The position numbers were made by a program, and so were the translations under genes. The notes beneath the pieces are model-generated. The model was not told the origin of the DNA. It was given only the letters and a program-made list of their open reading frames with translations, and searched no databases. DNA of 64,000 bases from an uncultured Acidobacteriota bacterium (lineage in GTDB: Bacteria; Acidobacteriota; Thermoanaerobaculia; UBA5066; Gp7-AA6), in assembly GCA_963784935.1 (NCBI GenBank), contig CAWATD010000001.1:189411-253410 (forward strand), written 5' to 3'. Positions 9,375 through 18,244 of this stretch are shown one piece after another. Numbering within the stretch: the stretch's first letter is position 1; every line of letters starts with the position of its first letter.

Positions 9375-10474
9375 GCCATCTCCTCCGGGTCGGGGACGAG
9401 AACGATGCGCCGGTCCACCCGGCGCGAATGCACGTCGTCCAGCGCCTCGGCAATGCGCGAGAGCGGCCGCAGCGCGGCGTGCGAGACCACGTCGATCCGG
9501 CCCGCCAGCACTTTATCGAGGATGGCCGGATAGAGCTCCGGGGCGCACCCCCAGTTGCCGAGGGCCCGCGCGTCGAAGGCCATGAGGTTCGAAAGACGCA
9601 GGGACACGGGCTCGAGCGTGAACCCGACGACCATGAGCGTCGCGCCGTGGACGAGAAGACCGAACGCCGTCGCCTGGCCCGCGGAGGTCCCCGAGCATTC
9701 GAGGATCGTCCAGCCGGTCGCCGGCGCGCCGCCGGTGCGGGCGAACTCGGCCACGCGTGCGCGCAACTCCTTGCCCGCGATCTCCCGCGGATCGAGAGCG
9801 AGGCCGACGCCGATCTTCGCGGCCGCTTCCCGCCGGCGGGGGTCGACGTCGAGGCCCACGACCGCGGCGCCGCGCTCGGCGGCAACCTGCGCCGCAAAGG
9901 TTCCCACCCCGCCCAGGCCCACGACGACGGCGAGATCTCCCTCGCCGAGGCCCGAGCGCTCGACCGCCTGGTACGCCGTCGAGACGGCGTCGGCGACGAT
10001 GGCGAGGTGCCGCAGCGTCAGTCCCGGCGCCTCCCCGAGCGGGGCGTCGGGATCCGACGCCGCCCCGGGCACCGGACAGAGGAAGCGGCCCGGCAGGACC
10101 GCATGCGTTGCGAAACCGCCGTCGCGGTCGTTGCCCGGCATGACCTGCGCCGCGCAGATCGTCGAGCGGCCGCTGCGGCAGAGGGCGCACTCGCCGCAGG
10201 GAAGCACCGCCGGCACGACCACGGCCTTTCCCACGAGCGCGCGATGGCGGCTTCCCGCGTCCTCGACGTAGCCGCTGATCTCGTGCCCGAGGACCAGGGG
10301 CAGCCGATGGCGCGTTCGCACGCCGTCGTACAGGAACCCGAGGTCGGTGTGGCAGACGCCGCAGCCGGCCACGCGGACGAGCACGTCGTCGGCCCCGAGC
10401 GGGGCGATCTCTCGGCGCACCGGCTCGAGCGGCTCTCCGGGAACGGTCAGCTGAAAGCCGCGCATCGTCGTCAT
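9371..10474 (-). CDS. had: Zn-dependent alcohol dehydrogenase family, probably 6-hydroxycyclohex-1-ene-1-carbonyl-CoA dehydrogenase
   Basis: Start at MTTMRGFQL inside track ORF 9371..10912. Has GCGVCHTDL and GHEISG zinc motifs and a GLGGVG Rossmann motif. Sits between oah and dch. Confidence 0.7.
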   Translation of the reverse strand: MTTMRGFQLTVPGEPLEPVRREIAPLGADDVLVRVAGCGVCHTDLGFLYDGVRTRHRLPLVLGHEISGYVEDAGSRHRALVGKAVVVPAVLPCGECALCRSGRSTICAAQVMPGNDRDGGFATHAVLPGRFLCPVPGAASDPDAPLGEAPGLTLRHLAIVADAVSTAYQAVERSGLGEGDLAVVVGLGGVGTFAAQVAAERGAAVVGLDVDPRRREAAAKIGVGLALDPREIAGKELRARVAEFARTGGAPATGWTILECSGTSAGQATAFGLLVHGATLMVVGFTLEPVSLRLSNLMAFDARALGNWGCAPELYPAILDKVLAGRIDVVSHAALRPLSRIAEALDDVHSRRVDRRIVLVPDPEEMA

Positions 10475-10479
10475 CGCGG

Positions 10480-11226
10480 TCAGGCCCCCAGCGCCTGCCC
10501 GCCGTCGACGGCCAGGGCCTGGCCCGTGATGTGCCCGGCTTCGGGACCGGCGAGGAAGGCCACGGCTGCGGCGATGTCCTCGGGCTGTGCGGCCCGGCCG
10601 AGAGGAGTCTCCGCGAGCGCCCGCCCGCGGACTTCGGCCGAAAGGCCGGCGGTCATCGGCGTCTCGGTGAAGCCCGGCTCGACGACGTTGACCGTGACGC
10701 CGCGCGAGGCAAACTCCCGGGCCGCCGACCGGGCGAGGCCGAGCAGGCCCGCCTTGGCCGCCGCGTAGTTGGCCTGGCCGAATTTGCCGCGCCGGCCGTT
10801 GATCGACGAGATGAGCACGATCCGCCCGGACGGGCTCCGTCGCAGCGCGGGGGCCGCAGCCCGCAGGTAGTGGGCGGCGCCCGAGAGATCCACCGCGATC
10901 ACGCGGTCCCACGCCTCGTCGGTCATCTTCCAGAGCACGGCGTCGCGGCAGATCCCGGCCGCGAGAACCAGAAGGTCCAGGCGCCCGCGCCTTCGGAGCA
11001 GATCCGCGACCGTCCGGCGCGCCGCCTCCGGGTCCGCGACGTCGGTCTCGTAGAGGTCCGTGCCGACGAAGACTTTCCGCAGCGCGGCCAGCCGCCGCGC
11101 GTCGGCGTCCGCGATGGCGACCCGCGCGCCGTCCGATTTCAACCGCCTCGCGCAGGCCAGGCCGATCCCGCTGGCTCCCCCGGTCACGAGCGCCACCTGC
11201 CCCGACAGCGCGCGGCGCGCCGTCAT
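10480..11226 (-). CDS. short-chain dehydrogenase/reductase (FabG-like)
   Basis: Start at MTARRALSGQVALVTGGASGIG. Has the YAAAKAG catalytic motif. 248 aa. ATGA overlap with oah. Confidence 0.8.
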   Translation of the reverse strand: MTARRALSGQVALVTGGASGIGLACARRLKSDGARVAIADADARRLAALRKVFVGTDLYETDVADPEAARRTVADLLRRRGRLDLLVLAAGICRDAVLWKMTDEAWDRVIAVDLSGAAHYLRAAAPALRRSPSGRIVLISSINGRRGKFGQANYAAAKAGLLGLARSAAREFASRGVTVNVVEPGFTETPMTAGLSAEVRGRALAETPLGRAAQPEDIAAAVAFLAGPEAGHITGQALAVDGGQALGA

Positions 11227-12272
11227 TCGAGCCCGCCTCCGCAGAGGCCGCAGTGCTTGAAGGAGGCCGGCAGTCCTTCCGCTCCGCAGGACTTGCAGGT
11301 CCGGACGTGGGCGCCCCAGGGCGTTTCGGGCGAGCCGCCAGGCTCGACGGCGCGCCGGCGCACCGCGGCGAAGTCCACGGGACGCTTCTGCGCGAAGGCG
11401 CTCATTCCCTCGAAGGGCTCGTAGTCGGTGTAGTGGAGCGCCAGCCAGTCCTGGGCGTGCCGCACCGTGAGCGACCACGAGAAGTCCTTCCAGAAGTTGG
11501 TCTGCTGCTTCGTGTAGCGCGCGCACTCGGGAAAACTCCGCAGGAGCTCCTGCGCGAGGCCGTCGACCTCGGCGTCGAGCCGCGAGAGGTCGATGGAGTA
11601 CCCGTCGGCGCCCTTGCGGGCCTTCTCGATCTCTTCGGGCGAGGCGTTCGTCACGAACTCCGCGCCCCGGCGCACCGAGGGCGCCACCCGATTGACGAGC
11701 CCCCATTCGAGGGCCAGGCGCGCCGGGATCGGACGGTTCGTGAAGAGCATCTCGCGGGCGCGCTTGTCCCCCACCGTGATCGGCAGCCACTGCGTGGCGC
11801 CGCCGCAGGCGACCGATCCGACGCGCACTCCCACCTGTCCGACGTAGGCGTGCTCCGCGATGACCGCCAGATCGCAGGCGAGCACCGTCTCGTTGCCGCC
11901 GCCGACCGCGGCACCGTTGATGCGCGCAACGACGGGCTTTCCCGTCGACAGGATCCCGTCGATGTAGGCGCGGAAGAGGGCCATGTACTTCCAGTAGTCG
12001 CGCGGCGCCGCGACGTAGGCCTCCGCGTACTCCTTGACGTCGCCCCCCGTGCAGAAGGCGCGGTCCCCGGCGCCCGTCAGGACGACGACGCCGACCGAGT
12101 CGTCGAAGGCCGCGTCGCGCAGAGCCGACGCGAGCTCCTCGAGGCAGGCCGTCGAATAGGCGTTGTATCGGTCCGGCCGGTTGATCGTGACCCGGGCGAC
12201 GCCGGCCGACTTCCCGTAGAGGATCTCGCGGAAGGAGAAGGAGGCGGCAGGGCGGGGCGCGAAGACGGTCAT
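11223..12272 (-). CDS. oah: crotonase-family ring-opening hydrolase, probably 6-oxocyclohex-1-ene-1-carbonyl-CoA hydrolase, with a C-terminal CxxC-x11-CxxC tail
   Basis: 349 aa and MenB/BadI-like (RAFCTGGDVKEY, INGAAVGGGNE) but about 90 aa longer than BadI-type enzymes. The tail reads CKSCGAEGLPASFKHCGLCG. It is the first gene of the operon. Confidence 0.7.
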   Translation of the reverse strand: MTVFAPRPAASFSFREILYGKSAGVARVTINRPDRYNAYSTACLEELASALRDAAFDDSVGVVVLTGAGDRAFCTGGDVKEYAEAYVAAPRDYWKYMALFRAYIDGILSTGKPVVARINGAAVGGGNETVLACDLAVIAEHAYVGQVGVRVGSVACGGATQWLPITVGDKRAREMLFTNRPIPARLALEWGLVNRVAPSVRRGAEFVTNASPEEIEKARKGADGYSIDLSRLDAEVDGLAQELLRSFPECARYTKQQTNFWKDFSWSLTVRHAQDWLALHYTDYEPFEGMSAFAQKRPVDFAAVRRRAVEPGGSPETPWGAHVRTCKSCGAEGLPASFKHCGLCGGGLE

Positions 12273-12494
12273 TGTCGCCTCCCGAGTCTGGCTGGAACAG
12301 ACGGTGTGTCTATGATTTGAGTCATCCTATCGGCCTTTCGGGCCGATAGTCATTGTGGTCGGCGACGGCAGGCGCCCGAATGATGCATTCACACCACGCC
12401 CGCGCTCCCGTCTTCCGCGGGGATCGTGGAGCCGCATTACGGAGGGGGGCATAATCTCGCGAAACTGCAGCGTCGCGCGGACGTAACCACCACC

Positions 12495-14924
12495 ATGAGC
12501 CAGTTCCTCCAGGACCTGCGGTTCGGCGCGCGGGGGCTCGCCAGGAGCCCGGGCTTCGCGGCCGTGGCGCTCGCGACGATTGCCCTCGGCATCGGCGCGA
12601 ACACGGCGATCTTCAGCGTGGTCAACGCGGTCCTGATCCGTCCCCTGCCCTACCCGCAACCCGAACGCCTCGTCGCGGTGTTCCAGACGCTTCCGAGTCA
12701 GGGCGTCGCCCAGACCGGCGCCTCGTACCCCAACTATGTGGACTGGCAAGCCCGGGCGAAATCGTTCGACGCCCTTGCGGCCATCCGGATGCACGACTAC
12801 ACCCTGACCGAGCAAGGCGACCCGGCGCTGATCATCGCGGCCACCGTGACCTCCAATCTCTTTCGGATCCTCCAGACACCGCCCCTGCTCGGCCGGACGC
12901 TCGCCGCCTCCGATGACGACCCGAGCGCTCCCCCGGTCGCGGTGATCGGGGAGCGTCTCTGGCGCTCGCGATTCAATGCCGACCCGGCGATCGTCGGCAA
13001 GCCGATCCTGCTCGACCGGCAGGCCTGCACCGTCGTCGGCGTCATGCCCGCCGCGTTCAAGACGCCCCCGGAAACGCCGCCGGTGGAATTGTGGTTGCCG
13101 CTCACGCACGACCCGGTCTTCGGCGACCTCTCCACGCGCCGCGCGGGGCACTACCTGAGAATCGTCGCGCGCCTCAAGACGGGGACCCCGATCGCTCCCG
13201 CCGAAGCCGAGCTCGCGGCGATCCAGCGCACCCTGAGCCGGGACCATCCGAAGGAGAACGAGGGCTGGGGCATTCGGATCGTGCCGCTCGCCGAGAGCCT
13301 CGTCGGCGGCGCCCGCACGTCGCTCATCGTGCTGCTCGGAGCCGTCGGTCTCGTGTTCGGAATCGCCTGCGTCAACGTTGCCAACCTCCTGCTCACCCGC
13401 GCCAGCGCGCGATCGCGCGAGGTCGCCATTCGCACCGCGCTGGGAGCCAGTCGCGGGCGCCTGATCCGGCAGTTCCTCGCCGAGGGTCTTGTCCTTGCGG
13501 CCGCAGGCGGGGCGCTCGGCTTCGCGATGGCGGCGGCCAGCCTTCGGGCGCTGCGCGCCTGGCTGCCGCCCGATCTTCCGCGACTCAGCGAGATCGGGCT
13601 CGACGGCGCCGTGCTCCTCTTCGCGCTCGCGATCTCGCTTCTCTCGGCGCTCGTATTCGGGGTCGTCCCGGCCTTCCGGGCTTCGAGCCCGAATCTCTCC
13701 GGCGCCCTCAAGGAGGGCTCGGCCGGCGCGGGCGAGGGCCGCGGGAAGAGACGTCTTCGAGGCTTGCTCGTCGTGACCGAGACGGCCCTCGCCTTCGTCC
13801 TCCTCGCCGGCGCAGGCCTTCTCACGAAGAGCTTCCTGCGCCTCCAGTCGGTCCCCCCCGGGTTCCAGGCATCGAACGTCCTCACGGCCGGGCTCTCACT
13901 TCCGAGAAACCAGTACTCGAAGCCCGAGGAGTGGATCGGTTTCTACGAGAGGCTCGTCGAGCGCTTGCAGATCCAGCCCGGGGTCGAAGCAGCCGCCGCG
14001 GTCCTCCCGCTGCCCCTGACGGGGGGAGGTTTGAACCTCGCGTTTACGATCGAAGGCCGCCCCGCCGCGGCGCCGGGAGCCGACTTCAGCGCCAACTACA
14101 CGGCCCTCACGCCGGACTACTTCCGCGTGCTCGGCATCCCTCTTCTTCGCGGACGACTCGTGACGGCGGGCGACGCGCGGTCGGCGCCGAAGGTCTGCCT
14201 CATCTCCGACGCCTTCGCCCGCCGCCACTTCCCTCACGACGATCCCCTCGGTCACCGGCTCGTCTTCGGGTTCAAGGAGGGTGTTGCGCGCACGATCGTC
14301 GGCGTCGTCGGCGACGTCAAGCGCGACGGCCTCGGCGCGCCCTCGCAGCCGGAGATGTACGTGCCCTTCGAACAGGACCCGTGGTGGGCGGCCTACCTTG
14401 CCATCCGGACGAAGGGAGATCCCGTCGCGCTGACAGCCGCGGTCCGACGGGAGGTGGCGGCGCTCGACCCGACCCTGCCCCTGGCGGACATCGAGCCGAT
14501 GGCGCACATCGTCTCGGAGTCGGTGCAGCAGCCTCGATTTCGCACGACGCTCCTCGGCCTCTTCGGGCTGACGGCGCTGCTGCTCGCCATCATCGGGATC
14601 TACGGCGTCATCGCCTACGACGTGGGACGGCGAGCGCGTGAAATCGGCATCCGGCTCGCGCTCGGCGCGCGAGAGGGCGACGTCCTGCGCCTCGTCGTCG
14701 GCCAGGGCCTGGTCCTGACTGGCGCGGGTCTGGCCGCAGGCCTGGCGGGAGCCCTCCTCCTCACGCGATTCCTTACGACCCTCCTCTTCGAGACGCGGCC
14801 CCTCGATCCGGCCACCTATGCGGGCGTTGCGCTCCTGCTCCTCGCGGCGAGCCTGCTCGCCTGCTGGATCCCCGCCCGGCGGGCCCTCAAAGTCGATGCG
14901 ATGTCGGTCCTGCGGAGCGAATAG
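12495..14924 (+). CDS. ADOP-family duplicated permease (MacB/FtsX-like, no adjacent ATPase)
   Basis: Start at MSQFLQDLRFGARGLARSPGF (the typical ADOP N-terminus). 809 aa with two FtsX-type 4-TM modules. Confidence 0.85.
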   Translation: MSQFLQDLRFGARGLARSPGFAAVALATIALGIGANTAIFSVVNAVLIRPLPYPQPERLVAVFQTLPSQGVAQTGASYPNYVDWQARAKSFDALAAIRMHDYTLTEQGDPALIIAATVTSNLFRILQTPPLLGRTLAASDDDPSAPPVAVIGERLWRSRFNADPAIVGKPILLDRQACTVVGVMPAAFKTPPETPPVELWLPLTHDPVFGDLSTRRAGHYLRIVARLKTGTPIAPAEAELAAIQRTLSRDHPKENEGWGIRIVPLAESLVGGARTSLIVLLGAVGLVFGIACVNVANLLLTRASARSREVAIRTALGASRGRLIRQFLAEGLVLAAAGGALGFAMAAASLRALRAWLPPDLPRLSEIGLDGAVLLFALAISLLSALVFGVVPAFRASSPNLSGALKEGSAGAGEGRGKRRLRGLLVVTETALAFVLLAGAGLLTKSFLRLQSVPPGFQASNVLTAGLSLPRNQYSKPEEWIGFYERLVERLQIQPGVEAAAAVLPLPLTGGGLNLAFTIEGRPAAAPGADFSANYTALTPDYFRVLGIPLLRGRLVTAGDARSAPKVCLISDAFARRHFPHDDPLGHRLVFGFKEGVARTIVGVVGDVKRDGLGAPSQPEMYVPFEQDPWWAAYLAIRTKGDPVALTAAVRREVAALDPTLPLADIEPMAHIVSESVQQPRFRTTLLGLFGLTALLLAIIGIYGVIAYDVGRRAREIGIRLALGAREGDVLRLVVGQGLVLTGAGLAAGLAGALLLTRFLTTLLFETRPLDPATYAGVALLLLAASLLACWIPARRALKVDAMSVLRSE

Positions 14925-15166
14925 TCGAGATTCCGGAGAATGCGCTTGACACGCAAGGCAGTACCGCCGCTTCTGGGACGAGAGCCTCGATCGGCTCGAG
15001 GTCTACCTCCGGACACTTCAAACGAAGAGAAGAGAAATGAGTCGATCCGCACCGCAACTCCGCAGGCGAAAGAGGAATCGATGAACGAGACAGTTTCCAG
15101 CACGGCCGACCGGGAGCAGCAGACACTGACCCGCCTCGAGCAGCACCTGGCGACGGAGGTCGGCCG

Positions 15167-15589
15167 ATGAACGCGGACCGCGTCGTTCCGTTTTCGTATT
15201 TCCTGCTTCGGCTGGTCGCGGGCCTGCTCTTCTTCCAGGCCGGGGCCTTGATCATTCTCGGCTGGTTCGGCGGGATGCCGGGCGGTGCCGGCTCCCCACC
15301 TCCCCTGCTGTCCCAGACCGGCATCGGCGGCCTTCTCGAGCTCGTCGGCGGCATCGCGATCATGCTGGGGCTCTTCACCCGGCCGGTCGCCTTCATCCTC
15401 TCGGGCGAGATGGCCGTCGCCTACTGGCAGTTCCACGCGCCCAACGGCCTCTGGCCAATCGTCAACCATGGGGAGCCCGCCGTTCTGTTCTGTTTCCTCT
15501 TCCTTTACATGGCCGCGCGCGGCGGAGGCGACTGGAGCCTCGACGCTCTCATGCGACGCAGGGCCCATTTACCATCTGTTGACAGATAA
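15167..15589 (+). CDS. DoxX-family membrane protein
   Basis: 140 aa with 4 predicted TM segments. Has LRLVAGLLFFQAG and a LFTRPVAFILSGEMAVAY signature. Confidence 0.8.
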   Translation: MNADRVVPFSYFLLRLVAGLLFFQAGALIILGWFGGMPGGAGSPPPLLSQTGIGGLLELVGGIAIMLGLFTRPVAFILSGEMAVAYWQFHAPNGLWPIVNHGEPAVLFCFLFLYMAARGGGDWSLDALMRRRAHLPSVDR

Positions 15590-15683
15590 TTCTAACGGCT
15601 GATCTCTGCACTTCGTTCCGCCAGCGGACCCTTAGGCCCTCCGGCAGTCCGTCGAATCGGGCAAGAACAAGGAGAGGTGAACC

Positions 15684-16613
15684 ATGAGTCATCCGCGCAC
15701 CCGTGCAGCCTCTTTCGTCGTCACCGCGATGCTCGCGCTGAACGCCCCCGAGGCCCTCGGAGCCGGGCCGGACTGGGAAGCCGCCGAGAAGATCCTTGGG
15801 AGACAGGCGAAGGTCCAGCCCGACGGCGTCCGGAGGTTCGGGTTTCCTCGAACCGATCTCCACGTGACGCTCGATGGAGTCGTCATCGAGCCCGCACTCG
15901 CTCTGGGTTCCTGGGCGGGGTTCGCGGAGATGCCGGCTGGCCAGGTCATGGCGATGGGAGACCTCGTCCTTCTCGGCCCGGAGGTCAACCCGGTCGTCAG
16001 CGCCCTCCAGGCCGGAGGGATCGAGGTCCTCGCGATCCACAACCACCTGATCGGCGAGATGCCCCGCATCCTCTACCTGCACTTTTCCGGCAAGGGCCCG
16101 GCGCCCGACATCGCAAAGACCCTGAGAACGGCGCTCGAAAAGACGGCGACGCCGCTCGACGCGCGCGGCGCCGCACCCGCGACGCCGCCGCCCGCGGACG
16201 CTGCCGTGCTCCAGCGCCTCGAGGAGGCCCTCGGCCGGACGGGCTCGATGGCCGGCCGCGTGCTCCAGGTCTCCGTGCCGCGCGCTCAAACGATCCAGGA
16301 AGACGAAATGGACATTCCGAACGGAATGGGAATGTCGACCGCGCTGAACTTTCAGCTCGCGGGTGAGCGTGTGGCGACGACGGGAGACTTTTCCCTCGTG
16401 GCATCCGAGGTAAATCCCGTCGTCCACGAGCTGTGTGCGCGCGGCATCGAGGTGACGGCACTGCATTCCCATATGCTGGCCGAAACTCCCCGGCTCTTCT
16501 TCCTGCACTTCTGGGGCCTCGACAAGCCGGAGGCCATCGGAGCCGCGCTCCGTGCCGCCCTCGAGCGCGTCGCGACGAAGCGGGGCAACCCCGCCTCCGC
16601 TCGAGTTCCCTGA
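15684..16613 (+). CDS. DUF1259 (LppY/LpqO-like) secreted protein, two tandem domains
   Basis: Signal peptide followed by a repeated pattern, GDLVLLGPEVNPVVSALQAGGIEVLAIHNHL then GDFSLVASEVNPVVHELCARGIEVTALHSHM. Confidence 0.7.
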   Translation: MSHPRTRAASFVVTAMLALNAPEALGAGPDWEAAEKILGRQAKVQPDGVRRFGFPRTDLHVTLDGVVIEPALALGSWAGFAEMPAGQVMAMGDLVLLGPEVNPVVSALQAGGIEVLAIHNHLIGEMPRILYLHFSGKGPAPDIAKTLRTALEKTATPLDARGAAPATPPPADAAVLQRLEEALGRTGSMAGRVLQVSVPRAQTIQEDEMDIPNGMGMSTALNFQLAGERVATTGDFSLVASEVNPVVHELCARGIEVTALHSHMLAETPRLFFLHFWGLDKPEAIGAALRAALERVATKRGNPASARVP

Positions 16614-17807
16614 TTGAAGGCCGTCTCGAGGCCGTCCGCTCCCGGCTCGCGGCGTGCCAACGCGCTCGCGGTGGGGCTCTTCGTTTTCGGCTTCGGCGAG
16701 GAGCTCTGGTTCCGGTACCTCCCCGCGTATCTGCGGACTCTGGGCGCCTCGGTCTTCGGCGTGGGGCTCTTCGGGACGCTCAAGGACCTCCTCGACGCCA
16801 CCTACGCCTACCCCGGCGGGGCAATCTCCGATCGCCTCGGGACGCGCCGCGCCCTCCTCTTCTTCGGAGCCTTGAGCACGGCAGGCTTCGCCCTCCTCTG
16901 GATGTGGTCGTCGGTCATCGCCGTCTTCGCGGCCCTCTTCTTCGTGATGGCCTGGGCTTCGCTGGGCCTTCCGGCGACTTTTTCCCTGGTCGGCGAGGAG
17001 CTCGATGGCAGTCGCCGCGTCGTGGGATTCACCGTTCAGGCCGTCTTGAAGCGCGTGCCGATCGTGCTCGCGCCTCCCGTGGGGGGCTTGCTCATCGAGC
17101 GCTACGGCATGGAGAAGGGCATGCGCACCGGTTTCGGCATTTCGGTCGCGCTCTCCCTGGCGATGCTGTTCGGCCTCTCGCGCGCTCTCGCCGGCCGCCC
17201 GCCGGGGACGCCCGGACTGCCGCCCACGGCCGGCGTGCGCCTCCGGCCAGCGCTGCGGCAGCTGCTCATCGCCGACTGTTTCATCCGCCTGTGCGAGGGG
17301 CTTCCGGACGTCTTCCTCGTCGTGTGGGCGATCGAGATCGTCGGCGTCTCCCCCGCGCAGTTCGGCGTGCTCGTCTCCGTTCTGATGGCCACGGCGATCG
17401 CCTCCTACCTTCCGGCGGCGGCGCTGGCCGGACGCGCCGAGAAGAAGCCCTTCGTGCTGCTGACCTACGTCTTCTTCACGCTCTTCCCCGTCGCGGTCCT
17501 CGCGTCGAGGACGTTCGGGCACCTGCTCTTTGCCTATGCCCTCGGAGGCTTGCGCGAGATCGGCGAGCCGGCCCGCAAGGCCCTGATCGTGGACCTGGCC
17601 GATCCCGCAGCGCGGGGAAGGTCCGTCGGCCTCTACTATTCGATCCGCGGCTTCGCCGTGGCCGGGGCGGCCGCCATCGGAGGGGCGCTGTGGACCATCC
17701 GTCCTTCCCTGACGTTCGAAGCCGCCACGGCTCTCGGAGTCGTGGGGACCCTCTGGGCCGCGCGGTATCTGCCCCGGTCTTCGCATTGGAAGGAGCAACC
17801 GTCATGA
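16614..17807 (+). CDS. MFS transporter
   Basis: 397-aa multi-TM ORF with a GGAISDRLGTRR loop motif. The TTG start is as given by the ORF track, so the exact start is uncertain. ATGA overlap with the next gene. Confidence 0.7.
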   Translation: MKAVSRPSAPGSRRANALAVGLFVFGFGEELWFRYLPAYLRTLGASVFGVGLFGTLKDLLDATYAYPGGAISDRLGTRRALLFFGALSTAGFALLWMWSSVIAVFAALFFVMAWASLGLPATFSLVGEELDGSRRVVGFTVQAVLKRVPIVLAPPVGGLLIERYGMEKGMRTGFGISVALSLAMLFGLSRALAGRPPGTPGLPPTAGVRLRPALRQLLIADCFIRLCEGLPDVFLVVWAIEIVGVSPAQFGVLVSVLMATAIASYLPAAALAGRAEKKPFVLLTYVFFTLFPVAVLASRTFGHLLFAYALGGLREIGEPARKALIVDLADPAARGRSVGLYYSIRGFAVAGAAAIGGALWTIRPSLTFEAATALGVVGTLWAARYLPRSSHWKEQPS

Positions 17808-18244
17808 GGTGGGTCACCCGCAGCCGCATTCACGTCAACCGCACGGCCACGGGCTGGCTCATCCGCCGGTTCCTCGACCCCGGCGCGGAGATCCTGTTCG
17901 TCGAGCCGGCGGACGTCGCCAGGGTTCAGCGGGACGGGGCCGTCGGCTTCGACGCCCCGGGCGCACGCTATCCGCACGAGGATGCGCTCGGCCGCTGCTC
18001 GTTCGAGCAGCTGGTCGCGGAAAAGCTTCCCGGCGATGCGGCCCTCGAGCGCCTCGCGCGGATCGTCCACGGGGCGGACTTTCCCGAGCAGATGGACGTC
18101 ACGCCCGAATCGGCGGGCCTCTGGGCGATCAGCCAGGGGTTCACGGATGTCGGCGTGGACGACGAGGACATCCTGAAGCGCGCCCTGTTCCTCTACGATT
18201 CGCTCTACGCCCACCTGCGTCGCCAGGGCGATTCGAAAGCCTAG
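17804..18244 (+). CDS. ChrB C-terminal-domain-like (chromate resistance family) protein
   Basis: MRWVTRSRIHVNRTATGWLIRRFLDPGAEILFV matches the conserved start of ChrB_C-type domains. 146 aa. Confidence 0.65.
   Translation: MRWVTRSRIHVNRTATGWLIRRFLDPGAEILFVEPADVARVQRDGAVGFDAPGARYPHEDALGRCSFEQLVAEKLPGDAALERLARIVHGADFPEQMDVTPESAGLWAISQGFTDVGVDDEDILKRALFLYDSLYAHLRRQGDSKA

Noticed and set aside
14940-15170. 76-aa ORF (or its 29-aa internal version MNETVSSTADREQQTLTRLEQHLATEVGR) upstream of and overlapping the DoxX start.
   Set aside because: It has no recognisable family and low-complexity composition. It could simply be the 5' leader of doxX, and I couldn't support it as a gene.
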